Below, in pieces: positions 13,799 through 26,800 of a DNA stretch of 64,000 bases. The position numbers and the translations under genes were made by a program. How positions within the stretch are numbered: the first letter of the stretch is position 1; every line of letters begins with the position of its first letter. Origin of the DNA: Octopus sinensis (taxonomy: Eukaryota). The notes under the pieces are model-generated. The model searched no databases and had not been told where the DNA came from. It worked only from the letters and a program-made list of their open reading frames with translations. The stretch is taken from the NCBI RefSeq assembly GCF_006345805.1, contig NC_043004.1, forward strand, positions 37,138,001 through 37,202,000. Direction: 5' to 3'.

Positions 13799-14102
13799 AA
13801 GAATTATTTATTTAAAAATTAATAAATTTTACCAAGTAGGTTCGGTATGGAAAAAAAAATCAGTATCGGTAAAAACTTATACAAAAACTTTTTTTTATAA
13901 TTATAAACATAATTAAGGGATTAGTAAAAAGTTGCTTCAGCACATACCGAAAATTTAGAAATAGCAGTCAAAAATTCTAATTCTTCTGCTACAATATATC
14001 CCCAGAGACAGCAATACTCGTAATTCACATAGGCAAAAAGAAGAAAAAAATTACGAAACTAACCAGTCTTCGATTAATCATGTACGCTTTCGGGATTAGA
14101 AC

Positions 14103-14142
<40 letters not shown>

Positions 14143-14150
14143 TATATATA

Positions 14151-15413
14151 ATAATAATAAGAGTAAATAATTTCTATAAAGGTTTTTAAAAATACCACAA
14201 TTTTTACTGGTAGAATTCGGTATGTAAATATAGCCGATTACCGGCAGGAACTTCTGTAAAGTCAGTATATATATTGTTATAAGAAAAAGGGACAAGCAAC
14301 AGGTTGTTGACCGCATACCGAAAAAATAGAAATAGCAGTCAAGAATGCTTATTTCTATCAAAGTGGGACTCCGGGCACGACAAACCCTGTAATTCACATA
14401 TGCAAAACGGAAGGGATAGATAACGAAAACGAAGTCTGGTGGTTATCTGTGAACATCATGTTTCTGGATTATAAACATATTGAATATATATTTCATATAT
14501 ATTTTTGATATATATTTCATATACATTGCATATATATTTCACATCCTTCTTCAGCACAGCTTTCCATTGAAATAGATTTATCATAGATTTATCAAATGCT
14601 ACGTACCTCAAACCTTCTGACCATGCGACATCAAAATATTTGAAGAAAGTGAGCAAATCTTCCCTCCGTTATCTTCCCTTCGTTATCTATCCCTTCCGTT
14701 TTGCATGTGTGAATTACAGGGTTTGTCGTGCCCGGAGTCCCACTTTGATAGAAATAAGCATTCTTGACTGCTATTTCTATTTTTTCGGTATGCGGTCAAA
14801 CAACCTGTTGCTTGTCCCTTTTTCTTATATACAATATATATACTGAACTTTACAGAAGTTCCTGCCGGTAATCGGCTATATTTACATACCGAATTCTACC
14901 AGTAAATAATTGTGGTTTTTTTAAAAACCTTTATAGAAATTATTTACTCTTATTATTATATTACTAATTGGATTTTTCACTCCCTTACGACAACCAAATG
15001 GTTCCTACTCATATGGAACTATTTTTGTAGTGCGCATGGCAAAATTTTGGAGGGAAGATTTACGAATTCAAACGTCTATGTAGGTTTAGCCTTTGCTCAC
15101 TTTCTTCAAATATTTTGATGTCGCATGGTCAGAAGGTTTGAGGTACGTAGCATTTGATAAATCTATGATAAATCTATTTCAATGGAAAGCTGTGCTGAAG
15201 AAGGATGTGAAATATATATGCAATGTATATGAAATATATATCAAAAATATATATGAAATATATATTCAATATGTTTATAATCCAGAAACATGATGTTCAC
15301 AGATAACCACCAGACTTCGTTTTCGTTATCTATCCCTTCCGTTTTGCATATGTGAATTACAGGATTTGTCGTGCCCGGAGTCCCACTTTGATAGAAATAA
15401 GCATTCTTGACTG

Positions 15414-15417
<4 letters not shown>
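14151..15417. repeat. Nested inverted-repeat complex (14151-14427 vs 14679-14959; 14332-14657 vs 15092-15417)
   Basis: Direct reverse-complement comparison; the 326-bp pair has one mismatch (14385/15364). Confidence 0.95.
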
Positions 15418-15600
<183 letters not shown>

Positions 15601-18161
15601 TGAGTGTATATACATAAGTCGCACAGAGAGAGGGAGGGAAATAAATGCAAGCATAAAATAGACACTAGACACGTGATATAAACTGAGGCGGTGTATCAAT
15701 GCAGTAAGAAATTTTTGAGAGGAGGATATAGGTCGGACCTTTTCGTATATCACGAGTTCCTGTTTGTGAGAGTAAAGAAAAACGACAGTATCATTGCGTG
15801 GTTGACCTACACTGATGAGAGAATAATTGAGGTTATTTTGATCCCCTGAATTAAAGAATGATGTCTTAGTGGAGTGGTAATGTAGATGCGTAGTTTATTG
15901 AGATTAGCTGTAGCAATTGCTGGGTGATACAGAAAAACAATGAATACAAAATGATGGGATCAGGAGAAAGACTTCGTCATACAAATTAACTTTACTTTAG
16001 TTGAAGCTAATAGCTCTTGCTTAATTCCGGAAAGCTACCATAGCAAGATGGCTGCAATTCCTGCTTGAAAACGTTTTACTTCACTTACAATTTTAATACC
16101 TAAATGTATTCATTTATGGCTTTGAGTCTGTAGATTAATCCTTACTATGTATTAATATCTTCCAAAGAGATAAATTTTGTCTCATACAATATTTGAATCA
16201 CTGTAATGTTAACATGTCAGAAACTCTAGCGATCTGCGTGGAACTTTTTATATCTATGTTAGTGCTACTATATTAATACAGGGAGCAGTAAAAAGCTCAC
16301 TGGAAATAAGTAACTGGCGAGGAAAAAACGATATTAACCAATGTTTAATGTTTGTTTTTATTTTGTTTTTTCCATAGCATCGCCTTTCTATATTATGAGT
16401 ACAACTTCTGTCGGTTCTATTTTTGCTTTCGTTCAACTGTAATGTCCATACAAGAAGTATTGATAATAAATTTATTCAGTAACATATCAGATTTTTCTTC
16501 CCAAAACTGTAATTCAAACTTTAAACCATTTCAGTTAATTTATATTCCTTAATTCTTGGAAAAGGCATCAGGTAATTTTGTTAGCTGTAGGGTTATAACG
16601 CTCGATCTACGGCCGCTTTGATCTGGATTCCGAAAGAGGATACCTTTAGTCAGTTCCTACAAGGGGTGAACTTGGAATCGAATAATGGAAACCTACAATG
16701 TCCGTATTTTTTAATTCATCTGTCTTTTTATTTGCGATCATTTTGCATAAATTCAAGTTGGAGAATAAAACAACTGGCCAAGCAGATCGAAATTCACATC
16801 AGCTGCTGTGATCATAACATTTAACTCTCAGCGACATCGAGTTTGTATAGTCCTAAATATCTAATTAAGATTTCGCTTAGCTCTAAATATTTAATTAAGA
16901 CTGTTATCATTTCCTGCTGCAATCGGAAGCAGTTGTGTAAAACTGAGGAGCGATGTTTCATTATTTTACAATGCTGAGTTCAAGCAACAGGTGACCACTT
17001 CATTGTATTTTTATCTGGAATCCCTATATTAAGTAATGAGACAAGGATTCTAAAGTTGCACATGTGGAAATGATACCATCTCCACAATCACCATAACAAT
17101 ATTTTTATTAAATTGTGTAATAAAAACATTACTATTTCTGAAGTCGCAACATCTTAAAATAACCGGATATTCCTTTAATAAGTAAACTACCCAGCATTGG
17201 AGAATAGATATACGTACATGTATTGTAGTCAGTAGTTTTCTTTGCTGCATGTTTGTGGAATAAAATCGTAAAAGCAAGATACACATGAAGTAGCTATTCT
17301 GATAAATAGATATGGTTAATGTTACTGATTTATCTCTCATAACTTATATTAGAATCAAATACAGCCTGTAAACTTATCTAGTTTTCTGGTAAAGGAAAGA
17401 TATTTTCAATATTTATAAATCGGCTGATACGTAAGCTTGGTTAAGTAAGTTTCCATCGAGATTATATTTAGAATAATCTAGTATCCACAAGAAGTCGTAT
17501 CGGATTTTATCTTTGCAGATTGTCCAGTTAGTACTAATGAATGCAGAGTCAGAAAAGTGTACATGGAAGATTATTTGAAGATCCCTTACGGATACACATA
17601 GACATATATAGCAACATTTTCAGAAACAATAGTTTGTAAACATTAATGTAGAAGGATGATCAAAATCCTACCTATGCGTTGTTTCATTCTCCACTAATAT
17701 AATTCACAATCTGTTCAGAAAGTGGGTATATTGCCACCGATTTACATCCATAAATCTTCCGACACACAACGGAAATTATATATGCATTGTAGCCACTTAA
17801 AATTGAATTTGCATTAACTTGTAAGTTATATGAATATGAATTAATTAAACTAGCTTAGATACACTGAGGACTCAGAATTAGATCGCCAGACAAGGGAATT
17901 CCACGACAGGGTTTTGCTTGTTGCTGGTTGACACAATTTCCCTTGGTTTATAATGCAGATATCTTTGGAAAGAATATCAACACTTACCTTCCCTCAAAAG
18001 TATTTGTATCTAGTCAAAAAGAAATTGTTTAAAACTAGTTATTTTGGGTTAAAGAGAACGGGAAAATATATAAGATGAAAAAGGAAGTATATTATAAAAA
18101 TGAATCCCCGAAATCATTCTCAAGCATGTCATGAAGGCAACTACATTATTTTGCACTCTCT

Positions 18162-18193
<32 letters not shown>

Positions 18194-18196
<3 letters not shown>

Positions 18197-18620
18197 TTTT
18201 ACTTGTTTCAGTCATTTGACTGCGGCCATGCTGGAGCACCGCCTTTTAGTCGAGCAAATCGACCCCGGGACTTATTCTTTGTAAGCCCAGTACTTATTCT
18301 ATCGGTCTCTTTTGCCGAACCGCTAAGTGACGGGGACGTAAACACACCACCATCGGTTGTCAAGCAATGCTAGGGGAACAAACACAGACACACAAACATA
18401 TTCACACACACTTATATATATATACATATATACGACAGGCTTCTTTCAGTTTCCGTCTACCAAATCCACTCACAAGGCATTGGTCGGCCCGGGGCTATAG
18501 CAGAAGACACGTGCCCAAGATGCCACGCAGTGGGACTGAACCCGGAACCATGTGGTTGGTTAGCAAGCTACTTACCAAACAGCCACTCCTGCGCCTATCC
18601 AAACAGCCACTCCTGCGCCT
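18194..18620 (-). mobile_element. Full-length tRNA/CORE-type SINE with duplicated 5' end
   Basis: Near-identical to 10911-11411; ccaaacagccactcctgcgcct occurs at 18575-18596 and 18599-18620. Confidence 0.95.
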
Positions 18621-19029
18621 TCTGCTCCCCAATATGGGGCTCACCTTCGTTTTCTACTTCCACTCTGGTTTGACAGCTTTCTATTCGACTGCAGCACTCT
18701 TAGAGATTACACCAATTTCTGCCTCTCCCGACTATTTCTCTCGTTTCTTCAAGGACTATTGTTAGCTCATCAAACTCTACCATATCTTCTATTTTGCGGC
18801 GTTGCTCATATGCACCGTTCTCGCTTGTTGATTTGTTTAATTTTGTTCGTAAAACACTGTTTTCCCTTTCTCTGTTTCAGTTCCTAAGACTTAACGATAC
18901 ATATTTTTTCTGTATATTTTTGTCTCGTCTCAACTGCATCGACATAGCAACCATAATTGATGGTTGACGACGCTGCAAGGTGTAATAACCTCGTTTTAAG
19001 GCGTTGATGCAACAAATAACCCATTACAG

Positions 19030-19053
19030 ACAGACAGACAGATAGATAGATAA

Positions 19054-19110
<57 letters not shown>

Positions 19111-19171
19111 CAGACAGGCAGGCAGACAGACAGACCGATCGATAGATAGACAGACGGACAGACAGACAGAC

Positions 19172-19247
<76 letters not shown>
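19030..19247. repeat. (GATA/GACA)n tetranucleotide array
   Basis: Visible tandem units; similar arrays at ~25353-25396, ~35712-35780 and ~38978-39066. Confidence 0.95.
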
Positions 19248-19249
<2 letters not shown>

Positions 19250-19817
19250 AAGCTAAACTATCACTCAGTACGTTTCAGTAGAAGGCCATATTTAATATTT
19301 TTATCGGGAAAATATTTGACAGAGACTCCGGAATACATATAAATACAAGAGACTGAGTTCAAATCGTCTTTTGAGTACTGACCATGTGGAAACTAACCAA
19401 TCGTGCCACGAATCCGTGAGGCCAATTCCATCATCCCCTTCCATCTACACGAAAGGGTAGGCAAGTGTAAATCGCAACTTAATGGTTTTACTAAATGTTG
19501 TTTGGTTCGTGTAAAACACTTCGACCAGGTAAATTGATGGAACGAATTGTAGAACATCGATTTGTATTTATTACGTTGGGTGTCACACTTGGCAATTTTC
19601 TCTCGGCGTTTAGGACCAAAGAAAACAAAACAAGGTCATAATGGTCAGGTTTCTGGTATCGATTAAATTCCGATTTAATTATATCAAGGAACGCCATTGG
19701 CTTATTATTCCAGATGTAGTTTTGCATACCGTTTCACACAAGTAATCTATATAGCATCTCGTTTTTGTGTGTGTATGTGAGTATGTGTGTGTGTATGTGA
19801 GTATGTGTGTGTGTATA

Positions 19818-19852
<35 letters not shown>

Positions 19853-21335
19853 TGGGAAAACTAGTGGAAATCGACTAATGAATGTTCCTGACTCTACCAT
19901 TTCACTTATTGATATTTGAAAGAAAGACATTTATGGATTGCGGAATGTGTTGTCCAACTTTGTCAATTCTAAAAATCTCCAATCAATATTTATCGACCAA
20001 TAAGGCTATCCTATTTCCAGTCTTCAATCATTAATACTAAGATAACACACGAATCTGTACACAATATACCTTTCGTTATACTTGTCAGTCTTAATATTAC
20101 TCCCCATGTTTTCCCCTCTCCATCTTTCACTATCTCTACTGTAGATTTCTTCTACGATTACTTTCGGAGATAACTGCACCTATTGATCATCTATTTAAGT
20201 TAGAGAAAAAGAGATCATTAACATGAAATTAATTTTTTTAATTAATATATACAAAATACGAACGTATCTATTAATAAACTGTTTATTAAACAAATCACCG
20301 ATAAATATATGATAGTTAAATACACTTTCTTTTTAATTTTAGAATAAAAATTGTCATGAAGTCTTAATATATTCTTATATATTACTCACAAATTTTACAC
20401 GGGGCAATTCAATAAAATATTGAGACTTACAGTGACATAGAGATGCAGAATTCATTAAACGCTTGTTGCAGCTATAAACAAGAATGGTATTGCCAGATTC
20501 CTGAAATTAATCATGTTATTTCAAATACTCAAACAATTTTCCATCAACTATACAAAAATTGTCGTAAATGTTCGATTGCATTAATTTCAGATAAACTCCT
20601 ATGAAATGAAGCTGAGATAATAAGTATAAAATAACAGACCCTATCAACGTCTAAAGACGTTTTGGTTAGTGGAATCAACAGGAGTTAAATTAGACATGAT
20701 TCAACTAGAACTGAACATTTAAACTTGAGTAGTCGATGGTTGGCACTTGTAATAATGCATTTTTCATATTGCAAAAAGGAGAGTTAGAACGTGATTGTTT
20801 GCTTCATGATAATTAGCTGTACTGTAGCACGAGCGGACCCAGTAGGCATTGCTTATTCAGACAATGTCACATGTGTGTGATACGTTGAATTTGGATGAGT
20901 CAGGACTAACCCAGGAATTGCTTCAGCTCAGAAAACAGAAGCAACTCACATATGAAGCGGTGTGTGTGTGCAACGATCGAATACATCCGTGCGAATACAT
21001 TGGCATTACTTTTACCAATCCTTGGCGTATGAAAAGCAAACAAAAAAAAGACAAAAGGCAAATAAATTAACTGAAATTAGAAAGTAGACCAAAACTTTAT
21101 TGCGTGATATCCGTTCAGCGCTGAATTCTGTAGAAGCTTTCAACGTTAAATAAATTTCAATTAAATATCAATTTAACAGGATTCTTTCAATGCAACAAAA
21201 AAAAAAGCAGAAATAGTACACTGTTCTTGCACTTCCGATGTGTTCTTCGTTACAGGCCTAGAACACGTCGCGTATGAAAGAATTGCGTACGACTCGTTCA
21301 AGAAGTTTGTGTTGTTTCTTAGAGTAGTCTCGAGT

Positions 21336-21377
<42 letters not shown>

Positions 21378-21467
21378 TGTGTGTACGTGTGTGTGTACAA
21401 ATGCATACATAAACACATACATATGTGTGTATGTGTATGTTAAGATACTGAGAAAATGCTAAAATGC

Positions 21468-21515
<48 letters not shown>

Positions 21516-21639
21516 CAAAGCCCCCCCCCCCCTCCTCACGTCTAATGGACGGTGCTGAATCATATCTGCTGAATAAAAAACAATCAGTGTTTTCTTTTCA
21601 TAAAAAAATAATTAAGCATGCCTTTATTTGAATAAAATT

Positions 21640-22069
21640 TTTGGTTTTGTTAAACGAAGTTAAGGCAAAAACAAAATTTCTTGAGAAACCAAATAGTCTT
21701 TCCTTCCTTCATGCAAAGTTTGAAGAAAATATCTCTTGCATCTTACTTTTTTGGTCTCTTAAATATGCTGCATTTTGTGGCATTATTTCAAGCCAGCCGG
21801 CTTTTTTTGCGCAAACTGCACGTGCATATTCTCGCGTACGCGTAGTATCGATCGCAACAGCTGATGTACTTGCGCGTACAAATGCTCGTTCCCACGGCTT
21901 TATTGATCGCATTCTCACCTGGAATCAATTTTTGTAATTTTTTCAAGACTTATACACGCCCTGATACCGTCGGTATCTGCATATCAAATTTGAGCACAAT
22001 CGGATGGAGGATGCCTGAGATCCTAGAAGACACACACACAGACAGACAGAACGGATTTTATATTATAGA
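21640..22069 (-). mobile_element. Non-autonomous Helitron-like element, 5' part
   Basis: - strand begins A|TCTATAATATAAAATCCGTT followed by a (CTGT)n microsatellite, as in microsatellite-bearing Helitrons; 3' CTRR end not found, left boundary approximate. Confidence 0.55.
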
Positions 22070-22179
22070 TGTGTGTGTGGGTGTGGGTGTGGGGGGTGTA
22101 GTTATTAATAAACTAAATCTAAATTTTTAACATGAAGTAATTTGTTTTATTCTATGTACTTATATATTATATAAAAAAA

Positions 22180-23234
22180 TTCTAAAATTCACCATAAATG
22201 TTCAATAATATTGAGATCTGTGGACTGTGGTGGCCAGATACGATGTTCAAGTTCACTAGAATGTTCCTCGTGCCATTCAGTAACAAATTTAGCTGTATGA
22301 ATTGGTGCATTATCATCCTGAAAGATTGCGCTTCCTTCCGGAAACAGTTCCTCAACCATAGGATGAGTTTGATCAGATGAAATGCTTAAATAGTCTTGAC
22401 TATTAATTCTGCCATGAAGGGAAACTATTGGGTCAGCAGATTTCCAATATATAGCCGCCCCTTCCCCCAAATCATCACAGATCCTCCTCGATGTTTAACA
22501 GTTGGAAGAAGGCAAATGCTTCTTTTGGCTGTCTCCACGTGTATACTCGGCCGGTGGTCGGAAATAAGTTAAAGGGTTACTCGTCCGAGAAAATAGCATT
22601 CTTCCACTGCTCTATGGACCAAATTCTGTAAGTTTTTGTTCCACTCCAAACGTTTTGCAACGTTTGTTTTTTAAAAGTAGTAGTTTTCTGATTGCAGCCC
22701 TTCTGTGAAATCCGGCTTTGTGCAGCTCCCGGCGAACATTTTTTGTGGAAATTGGGTTCTCGATGAGGTCATTAAGCTCTGCAGTAATTTTGGGGGCTGT
22801 ACTTTTGTGACCCTTTCTAACAATTCGCGTAAGAATTCAACGGTCCCTATCTTAAAGTTTTGGTTTTCTTCCGGAGTTTTGCTTCAACGTGGAGGTCTTC
22901 CCTCTTTCTCAAAGGCAGTCATTACTTTCGAGACAGTATCTCTTGATACATGAAAATTTCGGCTGTTTTCGTTACGCTAGCGCCAGCCATACGAACACCA
23001 ACAATTTGATCTCTTTGAAAGTTTAATAGATCTGTAATTTTAATGAATTTTAATTACCTTTTTTTTTTGATGATATCTGAAAAGAAACAGCAATGTTAGC
23101 AAAACATATTAAGCAACATTAATAATAAATATAAAAAAAGCATAAAAAATAAATAAGCTTTTGACAGTTTTATAGATATTTCAAAATTATGATACTATGA
23201 TTGTAGGTGTTTCCATTATTTTGCCCAACCCCTG
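22180..23234 (-). mobile_element. Tc1-superfamily DNA transposon (DD36E, Incomer-like), 3'-truncated
   Basis: TA|CAGGGGTTGGGCAAAATAATGGAAACACC terminus at 23234; decayed transposase from 23040 to 22190. Confidence 0.9.
22190..23040 (-). pseudogene. Tc1-like transposase pseudogene
   Basis: DQIVGVRMAGASVTKTA, AIFSDE, PTVKHRGGSVMIWG, FQDDNAPIHT...WPPQSTDLNIIE; start codon mutated, stops and frameshifts. Confidence 0.9.
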
Positions 23235-24260
23235 TATGTTTAAAACTATCATCATTAAATGAGTCAATAAGACTTGGATGTTGCTTCTCCTTTAAAATGA
23301 GAATTCTAGAGAGCAAGGTCTAAGTCTCAAGTTAGTTAAATCAGCGACATGATTTCGGTATTCAGTTCAAGTAGTTTCAATCTTCGTTTTTCTACATACA
23401 AATCCTGTCCACATTTAGCATCCATTTGAATTCTTTAGTGTCTTAAAAAGTATCCATATATTTAAATATATCTAGTGTATCTATAAATTGTAAATGGTGC
23501 TTGAGATGAAGTGTACATCTAGTTTGTGAGTTGAACATATATACGTAATACATAATAATTCGTGTCTGAATAAAGCCAATAAAATGTGGTTTTAATCGTG
23601 ACTCAACAAACTGAAGAGAGCTAATCTTTAATATGTTTGTTTTTGGATAATTTCTTTATCGGCGCTTCATTGATTATGAATCTGCGAAATTCCAAGTAAC
23701 ACAGAAAATTAAAATGAAAATTGGTGACGCTCTCCTAGAATCATAAATAGAAATAGGAAAGCATGAAAAGTTTACCATGACAGAAATCAATATTTGCAAA
23801 CGTTCCAGTAGTTATGGCGAGTTTTATAGTACCCAAGATTGGAACTTCACGCCTTTTGGTCTCCATCTATTTTATTGAGAAAGAATTTCCCATAAAATAT
23901 GCCGCTAAGTAAGAAAATAATGTCATCTGCTTAGATATCAAATCTAACCTTGAAGTTTCAGGTAAAAAATTCTTTGATAACCAAACCACATTTCCCTAAC
24001 CATCGATCACTATATTTTAGATCAATATAAATATCGAATATTATGCTGCAATCGTTACAAAATGTCGCCATCAAAATATTCATATATTTGTATATTGATT
24101 GGTATACGTACATGTGCACAAACACACACACACACACGCACGCACGCACACGCATACACTCATATATTATTGTATTCTTACTCCATTCTGTTCTTCTACG
24201 TTGTGTTCTTAGAAGAACAGAATGAAATAAGTGGAGCAAGAACACACGAAAATGAAAAGT

Positions 24261-24305
24261 GTTGCTGAAGAGGTCACAGATGTGTGACGAAAGATTTCTA
24301 GACAA
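24261..24305 (+). ncRNA. Hammerhead ribozyme-like motif (core intact, stem I poor)
   Basis: CTGAAGA-G-GTCACA-GATG-TGTGAC-GAAAG-ATTT-CTA; 6-bp stem II, minimal stem III. Confidence 0.45.
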
Positions 24306-24610
24306 TGGACATGGGTTAAAATAATAAAATAAGAACAGTAATAAACGAGAAAAAAATATATACAAAAAATATATATTGAAGAAAAAACATAGTGCTTGTA
24401 TTTATTTGGCCCCCCCAAAAAAATGACCGTCCCGAAATACAACAATATCAGTTTCAACACACGATTTCACATCAGGGAATCTTGCAATACACACACGCAC
24501 ATACATATAAATATATATATAACTAATGTAGGTTAAAAAATTTTTTCGCAAATAAAACTTTTATCAATGGCCAGCATATCAAAAAATACCTTTAAAGGTT
24601 AAATTTATAA

Positions 24611-24797
24611 ATAACTTACAAAATAAGGGCAAAAGAAAAATTCTAATGCCAAATATGCCGAAAAAAGACAAAATTATCAATAACCATTATAATTTGTGCG
24701 TCTCGAGACGCATAAAATGTAATGGTTATTGACAATTTTGTCTTTTTTTTCGGCATATTTGGCATTAGAATTTTTCTTTTGCTCTTATTTTGTAAGT

Positions 24798-24800
<3 letters not shown>
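24611..24800. repeat. ~190-bp loopless fold-back palindrome centred on TCTC|GAGA
   Basis: Arms 24611-24704 and 24705-24800; about 5 mismatches and a 2-nt indel. Confidence 0.95.
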
Positions 24801-24865
<65 letters not shown>

Positions 24866-24987
24866 GTGGGCATCTCACATCGTCCCTGATAAAGGGATAT
24901 CCTTAATATCACAGAAACTACCTTTCTCTTTATAAATGTCCTGAAAATTCCACACAGCCTTGGCTTTGTCTCATTGTATTTAACATA

Positions 24988-25133
24988 TACAGGTACTTCT
25001 CATTTTTGCCAGTTGAGTGGATTGGAGCAACGTGAAATAAAGTCTCTTGTTCAAGGATACAACGCGTCGCCGGGAGTTGACCTTACGACCTTGCAATCGT
25101 GAAACGAATACCCCAACCACTAAGCCACGCGAC
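24988..25133 (-). mobile_element. tRNA/CORE-type SINE head (third family)
   Basis: - strand TGGCTTAGTGG (A box), GGTCAACTCC (degenerate B box), atccttgaacaagag CORE-like motif. Confidence 0.7.
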
Positions 25134-25297
25134 AACAAACAAGCACGCACATACACACACAAGCACATGTGAGCGCATAAGTTCAAAACAAGGTGGAAAA
25201 ATAGCACCCCAATACTAAAGGTTAAGTAATTTTATTTTATAAACGTGTCTATGTGTGTGTGTGTGTGTGTGCGTGTGAGTGTATGTTTGTATGTATG

Positions 25298-25352
<55 letters not shown>

Positions 25353-25354
25353 AA

Positions 25355-25396
<42 letters not shown>

Positions 25397-25462
25397 GTAT
25401 ATGTATGTATATATATATATACATAATATATATATATATATATTTATACATATGTATATATA

Positions 25463-25519
<57 letters not shown>

Positions 25520-25540
25520 ATATATATATTATATAGAAGG

Positions 25541-25591
25541 AGCTTCTACAGGACTAGAACTGTTTCATTCAAAAGAAATCATCAGGAAGCT
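25541..25591 (-). ncRNA. Type-I hammerhead ribozyme candidate, intact core
   Basis: AGCTTC-CTGATGA-TTTCTTTTGAAT-GAA-ACAG-TTCTAGTC-CTGT-A-GAAGCT: 6-bp stem I, 4-bp stem III, GUA site; stem II weak (U.U plus 3 bp). Confidence 0.7.
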
Positions 25592-25638
25592 TCCTGATCA
25601 TTTCTTTTGAATGAAACAGTTCTAGTCCTGTAGAAGCT
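25588..25638 (+). ncRNA. Mirror-image hammerhead with G8->C core mutation (CTGATCA), predicted inactive
   Basis: Same fold as the - strand copy; differs only at 25599. Confidence 0.6.
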
Positions 25639-25808
25639 CCTTCTATATAATAAATTAATTTACTCTGCTATGTATTGAGTACCTTATTTACTGTGGTTAA
25701 CCCCGACTCAACCCGGGACCTACATATATATATATATATATATATATATACGTACATACATACATATATACATATATACATATATGTACATATATATATA
25801 CATAAATG

Positions 25809-26288
25809 CAGTAATAGCCCACTTTACGAAGAACCCCTTTACGAGAATCCGGGTTTACGAGTTTCTCTTTTTCAAGCTAGTTACCGAGAAATTCACAGGG
25901 AGCGAAAAAATGCTTCTTCTAAGCAAACAACTTCAGACTTTTTCAAAAAAGAAATCTACAAGTCCGTCTACGAGTGCTTGTGAATCAGCGATCACTTCTA
26001 CAAATGAGATGGTGTGTGCGAGTCTAGTGCGAGTGAAACTGATTCAGAAAACGATTATAAATGATCTTGACATTCTTTTTTCTTTACATAAAATTTTCTT
26101 TACATTCTATTGTTGTTTTATTGCCATTTCTTTACGGGTGTTATAAATTTTATAGTTAAAATATTTTTCCGGGAACGAATTACCATTTATAACATTACTA
26201 CTATGTGAAGCTATTGCTCTGTTTTACGAGTTTTTGCTTTACGAGCGATCTCCGGGAATAAATTAACTCGTATATCGCGGCATTATTG
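25809..26288 (+). mobile_element. Tigger/pogo-like non-autonomous DNA transposon
   Basis: Degenerate TIRs (CAGTAATAGCCCACTTTACG / reverse of CTCGTATATCGCGGCATTATTG|TA), repeated TTTACGAG subterminal motifs, KQTTSDFFKK remnant. Confidence 0.65.
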
Positions 26289-26679
26289 TATATATTAAAC
26301 GAAGTGTACAGTATCATATATCCATTACATCTGATCTTACCCATCGGTTTCGCACTAGGGGTCGAACGGAGTGTTATGTAACAGTCCGATTATGTAACCC
26401 TACGCTCTTAGGAGGTAGCCGTTATGGAATGAAATATGGCGACTGTCACTGTCTTTCGTTTGCTCACTTTCTTGTATATATATGTGTGTGTTTGTGCGTG
26501 TGTGTGTGGTGTGTGTGTGTGTGTGTGTGTGGTGTGTGTGCGTGTGTGTATGTATGCATGTATGCATGTATGTATATGTATTAACATACGTATGTATATA
26601 TGTATGTGCGTGTATGTCTGTATGTACGTACGTGTGTAGTATAGTCATACTGCATGAATCAATATATGAATATACACAT

Positions 26680-26800
26680 ATCTACGACGGGCTTCCACAC
26701 AGATTCCGTCTATCATACACTCTAACAAGGCATTAGTCAATTGAGCTCTGTAGTAGAAGACACTTGCTCAAGCTTCCACGCAATGAGGCTGAACCTGTTC
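26680..26800 (-). mobile_element. Old degenerate SINE head fragment
   Basis: cgacgggctt...ttccgtcta...agtagaagacacttgctcaag similar to younger copies. Confidence 0.65.

Larger units (their letters stand above)
25527..25652. repeat. 126-bp loopless palindrome centred on AAG|CTT
   Basis: 63-bp arms, single mismatch C25580/C25599. Confidence 0.97.

Noticed and set aside
14655-14690. Sequencing-adapter remnant at the inversion junction
   Set aside because: Only weak resemblance to a SMRTbell adapter, better explained by the exact 13-nt match to 15049-15061; the arms are also offset rather than a simple mirror
15200-15235. CTGAAGA-aggatgt-GAAA motif in the inverted-repeat arm
   Set aside because: No credible stem II and a wobble-dominated stem I
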